Positions 48,030 through 56,442 of a stretch of 64,000 nucleotides of DNA are shown here, in pieces. A program made the position numbers and the translations under genes. The notes beneath the pieces were generated by a model. That model was not told the DNA's origin. It searched no databases and saw only the letters and a program-made list of their open reading frames with translations. The stretch is taken from assembly GCA_041576165.1 (NCBI GenBank), contig JBFGLM010000009.1, positions 50,441-114,440 of the forward strand. The letters run 5' to 3'. This DNA is from Acidimicrobiia bacterium (lineage in GTDB: Bacteria > Actinomycetota > Acidimicrobiia > Spongiisociales > Spongiisociaceae). Every line of letters starts with the position of its first letter. The first letter of the stretch is position 1.

Positions 48030-49201
48030 AGGTGGCGTTGGTCACCTACTCGACGAAGCCACGCGGCGGGGTCGTGCACACCTTGGAGTTGGGCGAAGCG
48101 CTGCTGGCCGCCGGGGTCGACGTTCATGTCATTGCGCTGGGCGATGAATCGGCCGGGTTTTTCCGGACGACCAACATACCCCACTCCTTCGTCCCGGCTC
48201 CAGCGTGGGCCGACACGCTCGATGAACGGGTATTCCGATCAGTTGACGCGCTGGCCGATGGGCTCCGCCGCCAGGTGGGCGCGTTCTCAGTCCTCCATAC
48301 CCAGGATTGCATCGCGGCCCGGGCCGCGGCCCGGGTCCGGGACGAGCTGGAGCCGGCGGACCCCAACCGGCCGGTGGTCATCCGGACGGTGCATCACGTG
48401 GACGATTTCACGACACAGGCGCTGATCGACTGCCAGCGCCAGGCCATCATCGAGCCGGATGAGCTGATTGTCGTGAGCCGCCAGTGGCAGAACATCCTTC
48501 TGGCCGAATTCGGGCGCAAGGCCACGGTCATCTACAACGGAGTCGATCCGGAGCGGCTGGCGCCGCCACCTGGTTTCGATCGCGCCCGCCTGCGGGCCGA
48601 GATCGGAGCGACGGCCCGGTTCCTATTCCTGACCGTCGGAGGTATCGAGCCCCGCAAAGCCACGCGAGAAATGTTCGAGGCCCTCGCCGAACTCAAGGCC
48701 ACGGCACCGGAGCCACCCATCCTGGCCATCATCGGGGGGCACTCCTTTCAGGACCATGCCGCATACCGAGAAGCGGCCCTGATGCGGGCCGAGGAACTGG
48801 GTTTGTCACTCGACCGGGATGTAGTACAGCTTGGCACTGTGTCGGACGCCGACCTGGCGGCCTGGTACCACGCGGCCGACGCCTTCCTGTTCCCCTCCGT
48901 GAAGGAAGGATGGGGTCTGGTCGCGATGGAAGCCCTCAGCGTCGGGTTACCCCTCATTGCGTCCGACATACCCGTGTTTCGCGAATACCTGGATCCGGAT
49001 GAGACCGCCCTGCTGGTGCCACCCGGCGATGTGGGGGCGCTGGCTGCGGCCATGAGGCGCCTGGTCGAGGATCCCGAAACCCGAATGCAGCTGGCGGCGG
49101 CCGGCCGGGAAATGGTCGAGCAGTTCACATGGCACGCCGCTGCGTCGCGACATCGATCTGTCTACGCCCGGATCGTCTCCGACGCCGGCCTGGCGGTGTG
49201 A
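48026..49201 (+). CDS. GT4 glycosyltransferase, MSMEG_0565 family
   Basis: YSTKPRGGVVHTLELGEAL, HTQDCI, RTVHHVDDF, GGIEPRK, GGHSFQD, PSVKEGWGL. Confidence 0.92.
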   Translation: MKVALVTYSTKPRGGVVHTLELGEALLAAGVDVHVIALGDESAGFFRTTNIPHSFVPAPAWADTLDERVFRSVDALADGLRRQVGAFSVLHTQDCIAARAAARVRDELEPADPNRPVVIRTVHHVDDFTTQALIDCQRQAIIEPDELIVVSRQWQNILLAEFGRKATVIYNGVDPERLAPPPGFDRARLRAEIGATARFLFLTVGGIEPRKATREMFEALAELKATAPEPPILAIIGGHSFQDHAAYREAALMRAEELGLSLDRDVVQLGTVSDADLAAWYHAADAFLFPSVKEGWGLVAMEALSVGLPLIASDIPVFREYLDPDETALLVPPGDVGALAAAMRRLVEDPETRMQLAAAGREMVEQFTWHAAASRHRSVYARIVSDAGLAV

Positions 49202-49217
49202 AGGCGTTCGCCGGCGG

Positions 49218-49823
49218 TCAGGTCGCCTTGATGGCGGCTATGGCGGTGAGCCATTCCCGTCGGTCGCCGAACTCGGTTCGATCGGGGCGGGCGTTCGTTC
49301 CGGCAAACTCACCGGTGGCGGGATCGAGCTGAAGCGTTTCGATGCCGTACAGCGGAAGGAACGTCGTGGGGTCGACATCGATGTACGTGTGCAGGCCAAG
49401 CCCGTCCGGCAAACGCATCTCGATACGGCGGAAGCCCGTCCCACCCGCACCACTCTCATCTCCGGTCTCGTCCAGCGTGATCCAGCCCTCGTCCGCCTGG
49501 GCGATGCGTCGTTCGGCCTCGGCCTTGGCCCGCTCGCCGGAAAGCTCCCGGTAGCGGCCGCTGAAGGCGGCGTCGATCAACAGCAGTGCCACCTCGGGGG
49601 AGGGAGGCGGCCTCTGCAAACTTTCAACCGCTGCTGCGAGCCGGTCGTGGCGCTCCGCATAGGCCGATACGAGATCATCGACGCTGGTTATGGCGGTGAG
49701 GTCATCGGTCATCGCCCGCACCAGTTCGAGATTTGCCTCGTACTGGTGCGGGTTGACGACGACCATCGGGTACAGCTTGGCTTCGGCCGCTCGCCATTGG
49801 CCGAGCAGAGCCTCTAGATCCAT
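49218..49823 (-). CDS. Hypothetical protein in the Nit1C-like operon
   Basis: ORF MDLEALLGQWRAAEAKLYPMVVVNP... with coding-like composition, downstream of the MSMEG_0572-like gene. Confidence 0.7.
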   Translation of the reverse strand: MDLEALLGQWRAAEAKLYPMVVVNPHQYEANLELVRAMTDDLTAITSVDDLVSAYAERHDRLAAAVESLQRPPPSPEVALLLIDAAFSGRYRELSGERAKAEAERRIAQADEGWITLDETGDESGAGGTGFRRIEMRLPDGLGLHTYIDVDPTTFLPLYGIETLQLDPATGEFAGTNARPDRTEFGDRREWLTAIAAIKAT

Positions 49824-49845
49824 GCTGTGGTGAGCGGGCCCAGGC

Positions 49846-50331
49846 CTACAGCGTCCAGGTGGTGAGGACCAGCGCTTTGTTGCGATAGGCGGTGAGGGTC
49901 GCGTCCAGCACGTCCAGCGGATTGATTGGCTGGACACCTTCCATCATGTCTGCTTCCCGCATGCCGTAGAGCATCCCCGCCGAGAAACGACAGGCGTACA
50001 CCTTGGCACCCTCATCGAGCAGCGTCTGGATTTGGCGGTTGTAGGCCATTGCACCGGGAAACGCCTCGTCTCCTACCTTCGGAAAACCGCGCGACGCGGA
50101 AGCCATGAGAGAGCCGGGGCCGTACAGCACGAGGTGGGTGTCGAAGCCTTTCCGGTTGATGCGGGTTGTGGTCAGCATGTTGACCAATCCGACTGACCCT
50201 TCGAAGGGCACTGTGTGCATGAATACCCAGGCCTGCTCACCCTCCTCGGCCTGGATGTCCGGGAAGACCTTGTGTTCGTAATCGACGATCGCGTCTCCGG
50301 GCTGTACTCGCTCGCTTGCGAAATCTGCCAT
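49846..50331 (-). CDS. MSMEG_0572/Sll0783 (NitB) family DsrE-like protein
   Basis: VDYEHKVFPD, HTVPFEGSVGLVNMLT, RGFPKVGDEAFPG, YACRF, TTWTL. AAGGAG SD. Confidence 0.93.
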   Translation of the reverse strand: MADFASERVQPGDAIVDYEHKVFPDIQAEEGEQAWVFMHTVPFEGSVGLVNMLTTTRINRKGFDTHLVLYGPGSLMASASRGFPKVGDEAFPGAMAYNRQIQTLLDEGAKVYACRFSAGMLYGMREADMMEGVQPINPLDVLDATLTAYRNKALVLTTWTL

Positions 50332-50507
50332 AAAGGGCTCCTTTTTCCGTTGCAGTCGTAGGCCGCCTGATCAACTGTCAGCCAGGCCGACTGAGCGTTC
50401 GTCGGTGGCGGCCTCACGCGACCCGCCCCGCCGTTGGTATCTCCTCGGGACTAGCTCCCACCCGGTTGCGATGCCAGGCGACGATCGCACCGGGATCCTC
50501 CCACGGG

Positions 50508-50753
50508 TTACTTGACGGACCTCCTCTCCCACGATTGACGGTGACTGCCGGGCATCGCCCGCATGATCGATCTCCGCACCGGCCACGGCAGCACGCGGTA
50601 GACGGGGACGAACACATGCCGCCAGAAGAGTGCGTTGGCGCTCTTCGGTCGAACCGGCCCTGCTCCGCCGCGATGGCGTTTGGCCATCTCGACCTGGGCC
50701 GCCTCCAGCAGGTAGTGCTCCGCGTTCTGACGCAGCCAGTAGAAGAACCGCAC
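50508..50753 (-). CDS. Small basic, aromatic-rich hypothetical protein (81 aa)
   Basis: GTG start 4 nt after the oxidoreductase stop: RFFYWLRQNAEHYLLE...FWRHVFVPVYRVLPW...MPGSHRQSW. Confidence 0.7.
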   Translation of the reverse strand: MRFFYWLRQNAEHYLLEAAQVEMAKRHRGGAGPVRPKSANALFWRHVFVPVYRVLPWPVRRSIMRAMPGSHRQSWERRSVK

Positions 50754-50757
50754 GGGA

Positions 50758-52080
50758 TCAGAGCTTCCCGAGCGCGTTTTGGGCGGCGAGCGCCATGGGC
50801 TCGTTGAGCGCTCCGATCGGAGGCGAGTAGACGTTTTCCATCCAGGCGATGTCGTCGATGGGAATCTTCGCTCGCATCGCCATCGCCAGGAAGTCAGCCC
50901 GCTCCTTGATGCCTTCCAATCCGGCCATTTGGGCGCCAACCAAGGTCTTGGTGTCGGGATCGACCAGCAACTTCACTCGGATCACGGCCCAGCCCGGGTA
51001 GTAGCGGGCTCTCGAGATACCGTCCGCCAAGCCGACGATGTGGGGTATGCCGAGGGCCGTCGCCAGCGTCTCTCCGAAGGAGACCCCGCCGATCGTCCAC
51101 GTACCGGCGACCATTCCCCACGGCACCTGCACCGCCTGGTAAGCGCGCTCGCCGCCACCCGCGTTGACGCCGGCCACCTTGCCTTGCGAGTACGCGTGGC
51201 TGCCGGATAGTCCGTTGATCGGAACCTGGGTGAGCGCGTGGGGAATCTCGACACAGTCACCCGCCGCCCACACGTTCTCGGCGGAAGTAGCCATGCCGTC
51301 GTCGACGATTATGCCGCCGGTCGACCCGGTCTTGATGCCCGCGTTGGTCGCCAGCTCGGTGTTGGGTGTTTTGTGAGTCGCGACGACGACAACGTCGGCC
51401 GGCAACTCGCCGGCAGACGTTGCAACTGCTCGCACGCTCGTCTCACCCACGAACCGCTCCACACTTGTGCGCATGTGCATGTGAATGCCGAGGTCACGCA
51501 AGGACTGCTCGACTGGCTCCATGATCTCGGGGTCGGCCACATCCGAGAGGGGCCAGCCGCCCGGATCAACGAAATGGGTCTCGAGACCACGATGGGCGAA
51601 TGCCGTCGCCATCTCGACGCCGATTGGCGAGGCGTCGACGACCACGGCCACTCTTGCCTCGTCGAGCACCTTGTCGAACTCCATGGCTCGACGGATGTTC
51701 TTGACATAATGCAAGCCGGCGAGGTCGCTGCCGGGTATGCCGGGATCTTCGTAGTTCCAGCCGGTTCCCAACACGAGCCTGTCGTAGTGGACCGTGCCCT
51801 CGCCGGCCACCTCGACGGTTTGAGCGCTGGTATCGACTGCCTCGACTCGGGTCGTGTATCTGATGTCGAATCCGGCATCGGCGTAGAACTGCTTGTCTTG
51901 CAGGAAGAGATCCTCGAACTGTTCGATCTCCCGCCCGTGTACGAACGGGATCCCGCAGGGGCTGTACCCGACATCCTCGTACTCGGTGTAGAGGATGACT
52001 TCCGCGTCCGGTGCCGCGCCCTTCGCGCCTCCCTGCGCGCCGATGCCGGCAGCGCCTCCTCCCACGACGACTATCCGCAT
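50758..52080 (-). CDS. FAD-dependent pyridine nucleotide-disulfide oxidoreductase (NADH oxidase/CoA-disulfide reductase family)
   Basis: GGGAAG, single redox Cys in YSPCGIP, AAGDC, RYYPG, YSPP. Confidence 0.9.
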   Translation of the reverse strand: MRIVVVGGGAAGIGAQGGAKGAAPDAEVILYTEYEDVGYSPCGIPFVHGREIEQFEDLFLQDKQFYADAGFDIRYTTRVEAVDTSAQTVEVAGEGTVHYDRLVLGTGWNYEDPGIPGSDLAGLHYVKNIRRAMEFDKVLDEARVAVVVDASPIGVEMATAFAHRGLETHFVDPGGWPLSDVADPEIMEPVEQSLRDLGIHMHMRTSVERFVGETSVRAVATSAGELPADVVVVATHKTPNTELATNAGIKTGSTGGIIVDDGMATSAENVWAAGDCVEIPHALTQVPINGLSGSHAYSQGKVAGVNAGGGERAYQAVQVPWGMVAGTWTIGGVSFGETLATALGIPHIVGLADGISRARYYPGWAVIRVKLLVDPDTKTLVGAQMAGLEGIKERADFLAMAMRAKIPIDDIAWMENVYSPPIGALNEPMALAAQNALGKL

Positions 52081-52315
52081 GCCGAATGCCTCCCGAACAA
52101 CGACCCTACCCGTTGGTGCCGGCTGGTGATTGACGTCGGCAGGAGGTTCAGTTTCCCGTTACGACGTGTTGCGACCGGCGGACCCGACGGCGGGTGACGT
52201 GATTACTAAAGTATGGGAACTGTTTCTCATAGTATCAGGCACACCTGGGGGGAGTCGGGCAGAGCCAGGAGAGCACAACCCCGGGCAATTTGATCATTGG
52301 CGCGGTGTGAGATCG

Positions 52316-52939
52316 TCAGATCGGCCGCAGCGCCAGCCACACCGCCTTGGCTACCTCGCCGGATGGGTTGTGCCACCGGTGCATCAGATCGCCCCGGAAA
52401 TGCACTGACTCTCCGGGCCGCAGGTTGACGGTTTGGTCCTCGAATTCGAAGCAGAGTTCGCCTTCGAGCAGGTAGACCAATTCTTCCCCGGGGTGCTTGG
52501 TCGGGCCGGGACCCGATTCGCTCCCGGGCTGTGCCGACGCATAGGCCCCCGCCAGGAAGAACCGGCCGTAGGCGCCGGAGATGCTCTTGAGGTCCAACCC
52601 GGGAATCGCCGTGAGCACGGGGCGACGATTCTCTGGAGTGGTGTGCACCGCGGGCCGGTCCTGTTCCTCGTCCTCCGAGATGAAGTAGCTGACGGGCCGG
52701 TTGAGTGCTGCGGCCAGTTTCATCAGCGTCGTGATGGTGGGCACCATGCCGTTGCGTTCGATCTTGTGGATTGCCGCGGCAGACACGTCGGCCAGCTTGG
52801 CGAGTTGCTGCAGCGAATGACCCTTGCGAGTTCGCATGAGCCGCACCTTGGCCCCGATGCCATTGATCACCTCGTCGAGGCTGTTGGCCTCGTCAGGCGC
52901 ATCGGTCGAGGATGCAGATGCGTCAACCGTTTCAGACAT
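52316..52939 (-). CDS. XRE-family HTH regulator with C-terminal cupin sensor
   Basis: IGAKVRLMRTRKGHSLQQLAKLADVSAAAIHKIERNGMVPTI; HPGEELVYLLEG...GESVHFRGDLMHRWHN. Confidence 0.93.
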   Translation of the reverse strand: MSETVDASASSTDAPDEANSLDEVINGIGAKVRLMRTRKGHSLQQLAKLADVSAAAIHKIERNGMVPTITTLMKLAAALNRPVSYFISEDEEQDRPAVHTTPENRRPVLTAIPGLDLKSISGAYGRFFLAGAYASAQPGSESGPGPTKHPGEELVYLLEGELCFEFEDQTVNLRPGESVHFRGDLMHRWHNPSGEVAKAVWLALRPI

Positions 52940-53357
52940 GTTCAATCACGGTCGTGCACGTCAGGTAGGCGATTGGTCCCAACATTGATGATAGTTGACG
53001 TCGCGTCGTATCTTGATGAACTTGTGGCTGTGCGCCGGGCCCGCCGCCGACGGTCGACGCTCGCCGCGACCACCCATCCGCTGCCGCCACATCCTCGGTA
53101 CCAGCCCGCCCGATACGGCTGAGAAAAGGACTCCACAGCACCCGATCTGAGGCATAGCATCAACCGGTGAACGCGGCAGCCGTGCTCGCCGCTCGTCGAC
53201 GACCCAGATATCCGCCTCGTGTCAGAGATCATCTGATGGAAGGAGGAAGCGCCTCACAGCTGCGGAACGGTCACGAGGGCTCCCAGAAGACCCGCCTTGA
53301 GCGCCGTGCGGTGTTCAAGTCGAGCTTCCGGGGGCCGTGTCTCGAAAGGCAGGGAAG

Positions 53358-55109
53358 ATGCCAAGCGCAGACAAGAAGACGGAAAGATCGAGGGCCCGCT
53401 CATCCCAATCGACCAAGCGTGTCTCTCTCGACCCTGAACTGATCGTCATCACCAAACCTACTGCCGGCGTCGTCGCAGCCGAGGGTGTAGCAATGGCTCA
53501 GCCGAGCCTGGGCGACCTCGCCAGCGTGCTCAGGGCGGCGGACGCCAATATCACGCCGATCTTCGATGTCCAGGACTCCATGGCTGCGGCTCCGAGGATG
53601 GAAATGCCGCCGATCGGGGAAGCATTCGCAGGCGAAACGCTGTTGCCCCTGGGAGCCTTCTTCCGTGTCGAGCCCAAGAACGGGGACCTCGAAAAGGTTG
53701 CCGAGTCCCTCCGGGAGCTCGATGCGGTCGTCGGCGCCTATGTGAAACCGCCGGCGGAGCTGGCAACCGTCGGTGTGCTCGAACCGGAGAAACTCGAAAC
53801 CATCAACGAGATGGCCCCCAGCGCCGCCGGGGCGCCGGCGGCCACGCCAGACTTCGAGGGCCGGCAGGTGTACCTGAACCCGGCGCCGGAGGGTATCGAT
53901 GCCCGGTACGCGTGGACGCTGGCCGGCGGGCGCGGGGCCGGCCTCAAAATCATCGACTGCGAGTGGGGTTGGCGTTTCGAACACGAGGACCTCATCGACA
54001 GGCAATTCGGGTGTGTCGCGGGGACAGACACGACCTCCCGGGACTTCGAGAACCACGGCACCGCGGTGATCGGGGTCCTTGGCGGTGACATCAATGGATT
54101 CGGGATCATCGGAATCTGTCCCGACGCGTACGTGGGTGGGTCGTCGTTTGTGGGTCAGTCGACATCCACCGCCATAGTCAAGGCCGCCGACCAGCTGTCG
54201 GCCGGCGACTTGATGATCCTCGAAGTGCACCGGGCCGGGCCCAACGCAACGGGGAACGGGCAGTTCGGCTACATCGCCGTCGAGTGGTGGCCCGACGACT
54301 TTGCAGCCATCCGGTATGCGGTCAACAAGGGGATCATCGTCTGCGAAGCGGCCGGCAACGGCTACCAGGACCTCGATGACCCCGTGTACGACACTCCGGC
54401 AGTCGGTTTCCCAGCCAGCTGGAAGAACCCCTTCAACCCGGCGAACCCGACTTCGGGTGCCGTGGTGATCGGAGCCGGTGCGCCGCCCCCCGGCACCCAC
54501 GGCCGGGATCACGGACCTGATCGGTCGCGGCTTGCCTTCTCGAACTACGGCCAGCGCGTCGATGCGCAAGGTTGGGGTCGGGAAGTGACCAGCGTCGGGT
54601 ACGGCGATCTGCAGGGTGACTCGGACGCCAACAACAATCTGGCGGCCCGCAACCGCTGGTACACCGACATGTTCAGTGGCACCTCGAGCGCGAGCCCGAT
54701 CGTGACCGGGGCGCTTGCCTGTGCCCAGGGTGTACTCAAGACGCAGGGGGCGCCGCTGCTGACGTCCCACACCGCCCGGAGTCTGCTGCGGTCGACGGGT
54801 TCGCTGCAGCAAGATGCACCGACGCGGCCCGCCACTCAACGGATCGGAAATCGGCCGGATCTGCGGCAGATGATTCAGACGGTCGCCAAGGTGTGGCACA
54901 TGTACAAGACGGTGCAAACCACATACGTGCTCACGACCAGCGCGGCTGCGTGGATCAACATCAGCGATCTCGGCTGGCGGCGCATCCATCCGGACTCGCC
55001 GGACGGTGTGACCAACATGCTGCAGGTGGCGGCACTGGCCCAGACCAGCAACCGTCAGATTCACGCGTACGCGGACGGGAACTATGTCTACCGGTTGTAT
55101 CTCCTGTGA
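53358..55109 (+). CDS. S8 (subtilisin-like) serine protease with prodomain and small C-terminal domain; no signal peptide seen
   Basis: Triad IIDCE (Asp), NHGTAV (His), FSGTSSASP (Ser); oxyanion EAAGN. Start uncertain: 53337 or 53358. Confidence 0.92.
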   Translation: MPSADKKTERSRARSSQSTKRVSLDPELIVITKPTAGVVAAEGVAMAQPSLGDLASVLRAADANITPIFDVQDSMAAAPRMEMPPIGEAFAGETLLPLGAFFRVEPKNGDLEKVAESLRELDAVVGAYVKPPAELATVGVLEPEKLETINEMAPSAAGAPAATPDFEGRQVYLNPAPEGIDARYAWTLAGGRGAGLKIIDCEWGWRFEHEDLIDRQFGCVAGTDTTSRDFENHGTAVIGVLGGDINGFGIIGICPDAYVGGSSFVGQSTSTAIVKAADQLSAGDLMILEVHRAGPNATGNGQFGYIAVEWWPDDFAAIRYAVNKGIIVCEAAGNGYQDLDDPVYDTPAVGFPASWKNPFNPANPTSGAVVIGAGAPPPGTHGRDHGPDRSRLAFSNYGQRVDAQGWGREVTSVGYGDLQGDSDANNNLAARNRWYTDMFSGTSSASPIVTGALACAQGVLKTQGAPLLTSHTARSLLRSTGSLQQDAPTRPATQRIGNRPDLRQMIQTVAKVWHMYKTVQTTYVLTTSAAAWINISDLGWRRIHPDSPDGVTNMLQVAALAQTSNRQIHAYADGNYVYRLYLL

Positions 55110-55164
55110 CTCGAGGAGGGATCGAGTGATGTAGCTCCGGCCACGGAGGCATCCAACGAGGAGC

Positions 55165-55782
55165 GTGATCAATATGATCAATGTGTCTATGCCCCGCGAG
55201 CCGGCTCCGCCCGACATGCCGGCCGAATACCTGAGTCCGATTGGTGTTCGAACACTGGCTAAGCCGTCACAGCAGGGAACGCCCGAGCTGGGTCCGCCGC
55301 CGGATCTGCCCGCGGTGTTACTCCGTCCCGAACCGGTCGATCCCCCACGCAGGGCCGCAGAAATGCCGGACCTTCCAGAGGAGTTGCTCGACCCTGCGGT
55401 CGCTCCCGTCAGCGGTCCGGGTGGCATCCCGGCACCAGATCTTCCGGACGGATTCCTGCAACCGAGCGGGCTGGGCGGCGAGGCGCCGCCCCGCCCGGCT
55501 CCTTTCCCCGTCGGGCCGGCACCGGACAGCGAGGTGCCGGATATGCACGCCGTGCCGGGTCCGGACGCGGCGTTTCCGCTGAGCACCGACGATCTCCCGC
55601 TGGTCGACGAGTCAACGTTCGAGCAAAGGTGGGACGAACTGTCTCGCCGTCTCCAGTCGCCGAAATCCATAGGAGACCTGAGCGATCCGATAAGTGGAGG
55701 GCCGATCGACCTTCCACCCGAGTTTCCGCCTCCGGGCGGCGAGGAAGGGGACGACTCCGCCACCGGCGATGATGAGGGATGA
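55165..55782 (+). CDS. Pro/acidic-rich repeat protein
   Basis: Repeated PD[LM]Pxx[LFY]LxP motif; GAGGAG SD; ATGA overlap with the next gene. Start 55165-55189 uncertain. Confidence 0.65.
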   Translation: MINMINVSMPREPAPPDMPAEYLSPIGVRTLAKPSQQGTPELGPPPDLPAVLLRPEPVDPPRRAAEMPDLPEELLDPAVAPVSGPGGIPAPDLPDGFLQPSGLGGEAPPRPAPFPVGPAPDSEVPDMHAVPGPDAAFPLSTDDLPLVDESTFEQRWDELSRRLQSPKSIGDLSDPISGGPIDLPPEFPPPGGEEGDDSATGDDEG

Positions 55783-56093
55783 ATCCAGGAGGTGTGATCA
55801 CGGAGATTGTCGTCATACTGGACCCGGAGCTGGCGAGATCGTTTCGTAGCGGGCTGCGGACAGATGAAGCGCTGACCCTCGAGGAGCAGCTGTCTGATCT
55901 GGGAGTGGAACTGTCAGCGCTATTCCCCGACGTAGAGCCCGAGTTGGAGGAGCTGGTGACCCAATTCTCCGGTCACCTGCCCGACGACGTCGTTGACGAG
56001 CGATTGCAGCATCTGCGCGCTCTTTCCGGGGTCGAAGCCGCCTACAAGAAGCCACCGGCGGAGCTACCAACCACCGACGCTCCGGGGCTCTGA
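55779..56093 (+). CDS. Stand-alone S8-prodomain-like (I9-like) protein
   Basis: LRALSGVEAAYKKPPAELP matches LRELDAVVGAYVKPPAELA in the prodomain of the upstream protease. Confidence 0.75.
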   Translation: MNPGGVITEIVVILDPELARSFRSGLRTDEALTLEEQLSDLGVELSALFPDVEPELEELVTQFSGHLPDDVVDERLQHLRALSGVEAAYKKPPAELPTTDAPGL

Positions 56094-56379
56094 ACCGCAG
56101 GCCCGGCGAGGCGCCGCCGGTGAAGCGCGCTCCCTCTCGCGTGCCGAGCGCCCGTGGAGCGTGGCTCGGGGAGCCAGCAGGCGCACGCGCGTTGGCGGCA
56201 GCGAGGTCGTCAGGCTCGGACGCTCATACCACCTTGGGACGGCGTTTCGCCAGCCTCGGGGCGCCACCGCGCGCCAGGGCCAGCACAGTCAGAAGGAGAA
56301 GGCCGCCCGCCTCGGGCAGGTCCAGGCAGGGACTGCCCATAGGCTGCGAACAGCGAGAGGTTCATTGTCCAGCCAGGCG

Positions 56380-56442
56380 CCGCGAGGTGAAGGCCAAGCA
56401 CGACCCTGAGAACGTGTTCCGACACTACAAGAACAATCCAGC
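56380..56442 (+). pseudogene. BBE-domain (FAD oxidase C-terminus) relic
   Basis: REVKAKHDPENVFRHYKNNP resembles the VKxKYDPxNxF motif. Confidence 0.45.

Noticed and set aside
53400-55763. 787-aa minus-strand ORF and other long antisense ORFs (18435-20174, 30720-32273, 24727-26289)
   Set aside because: Shadow frames of real genes in high-GC DNA with no recognisable motifs.
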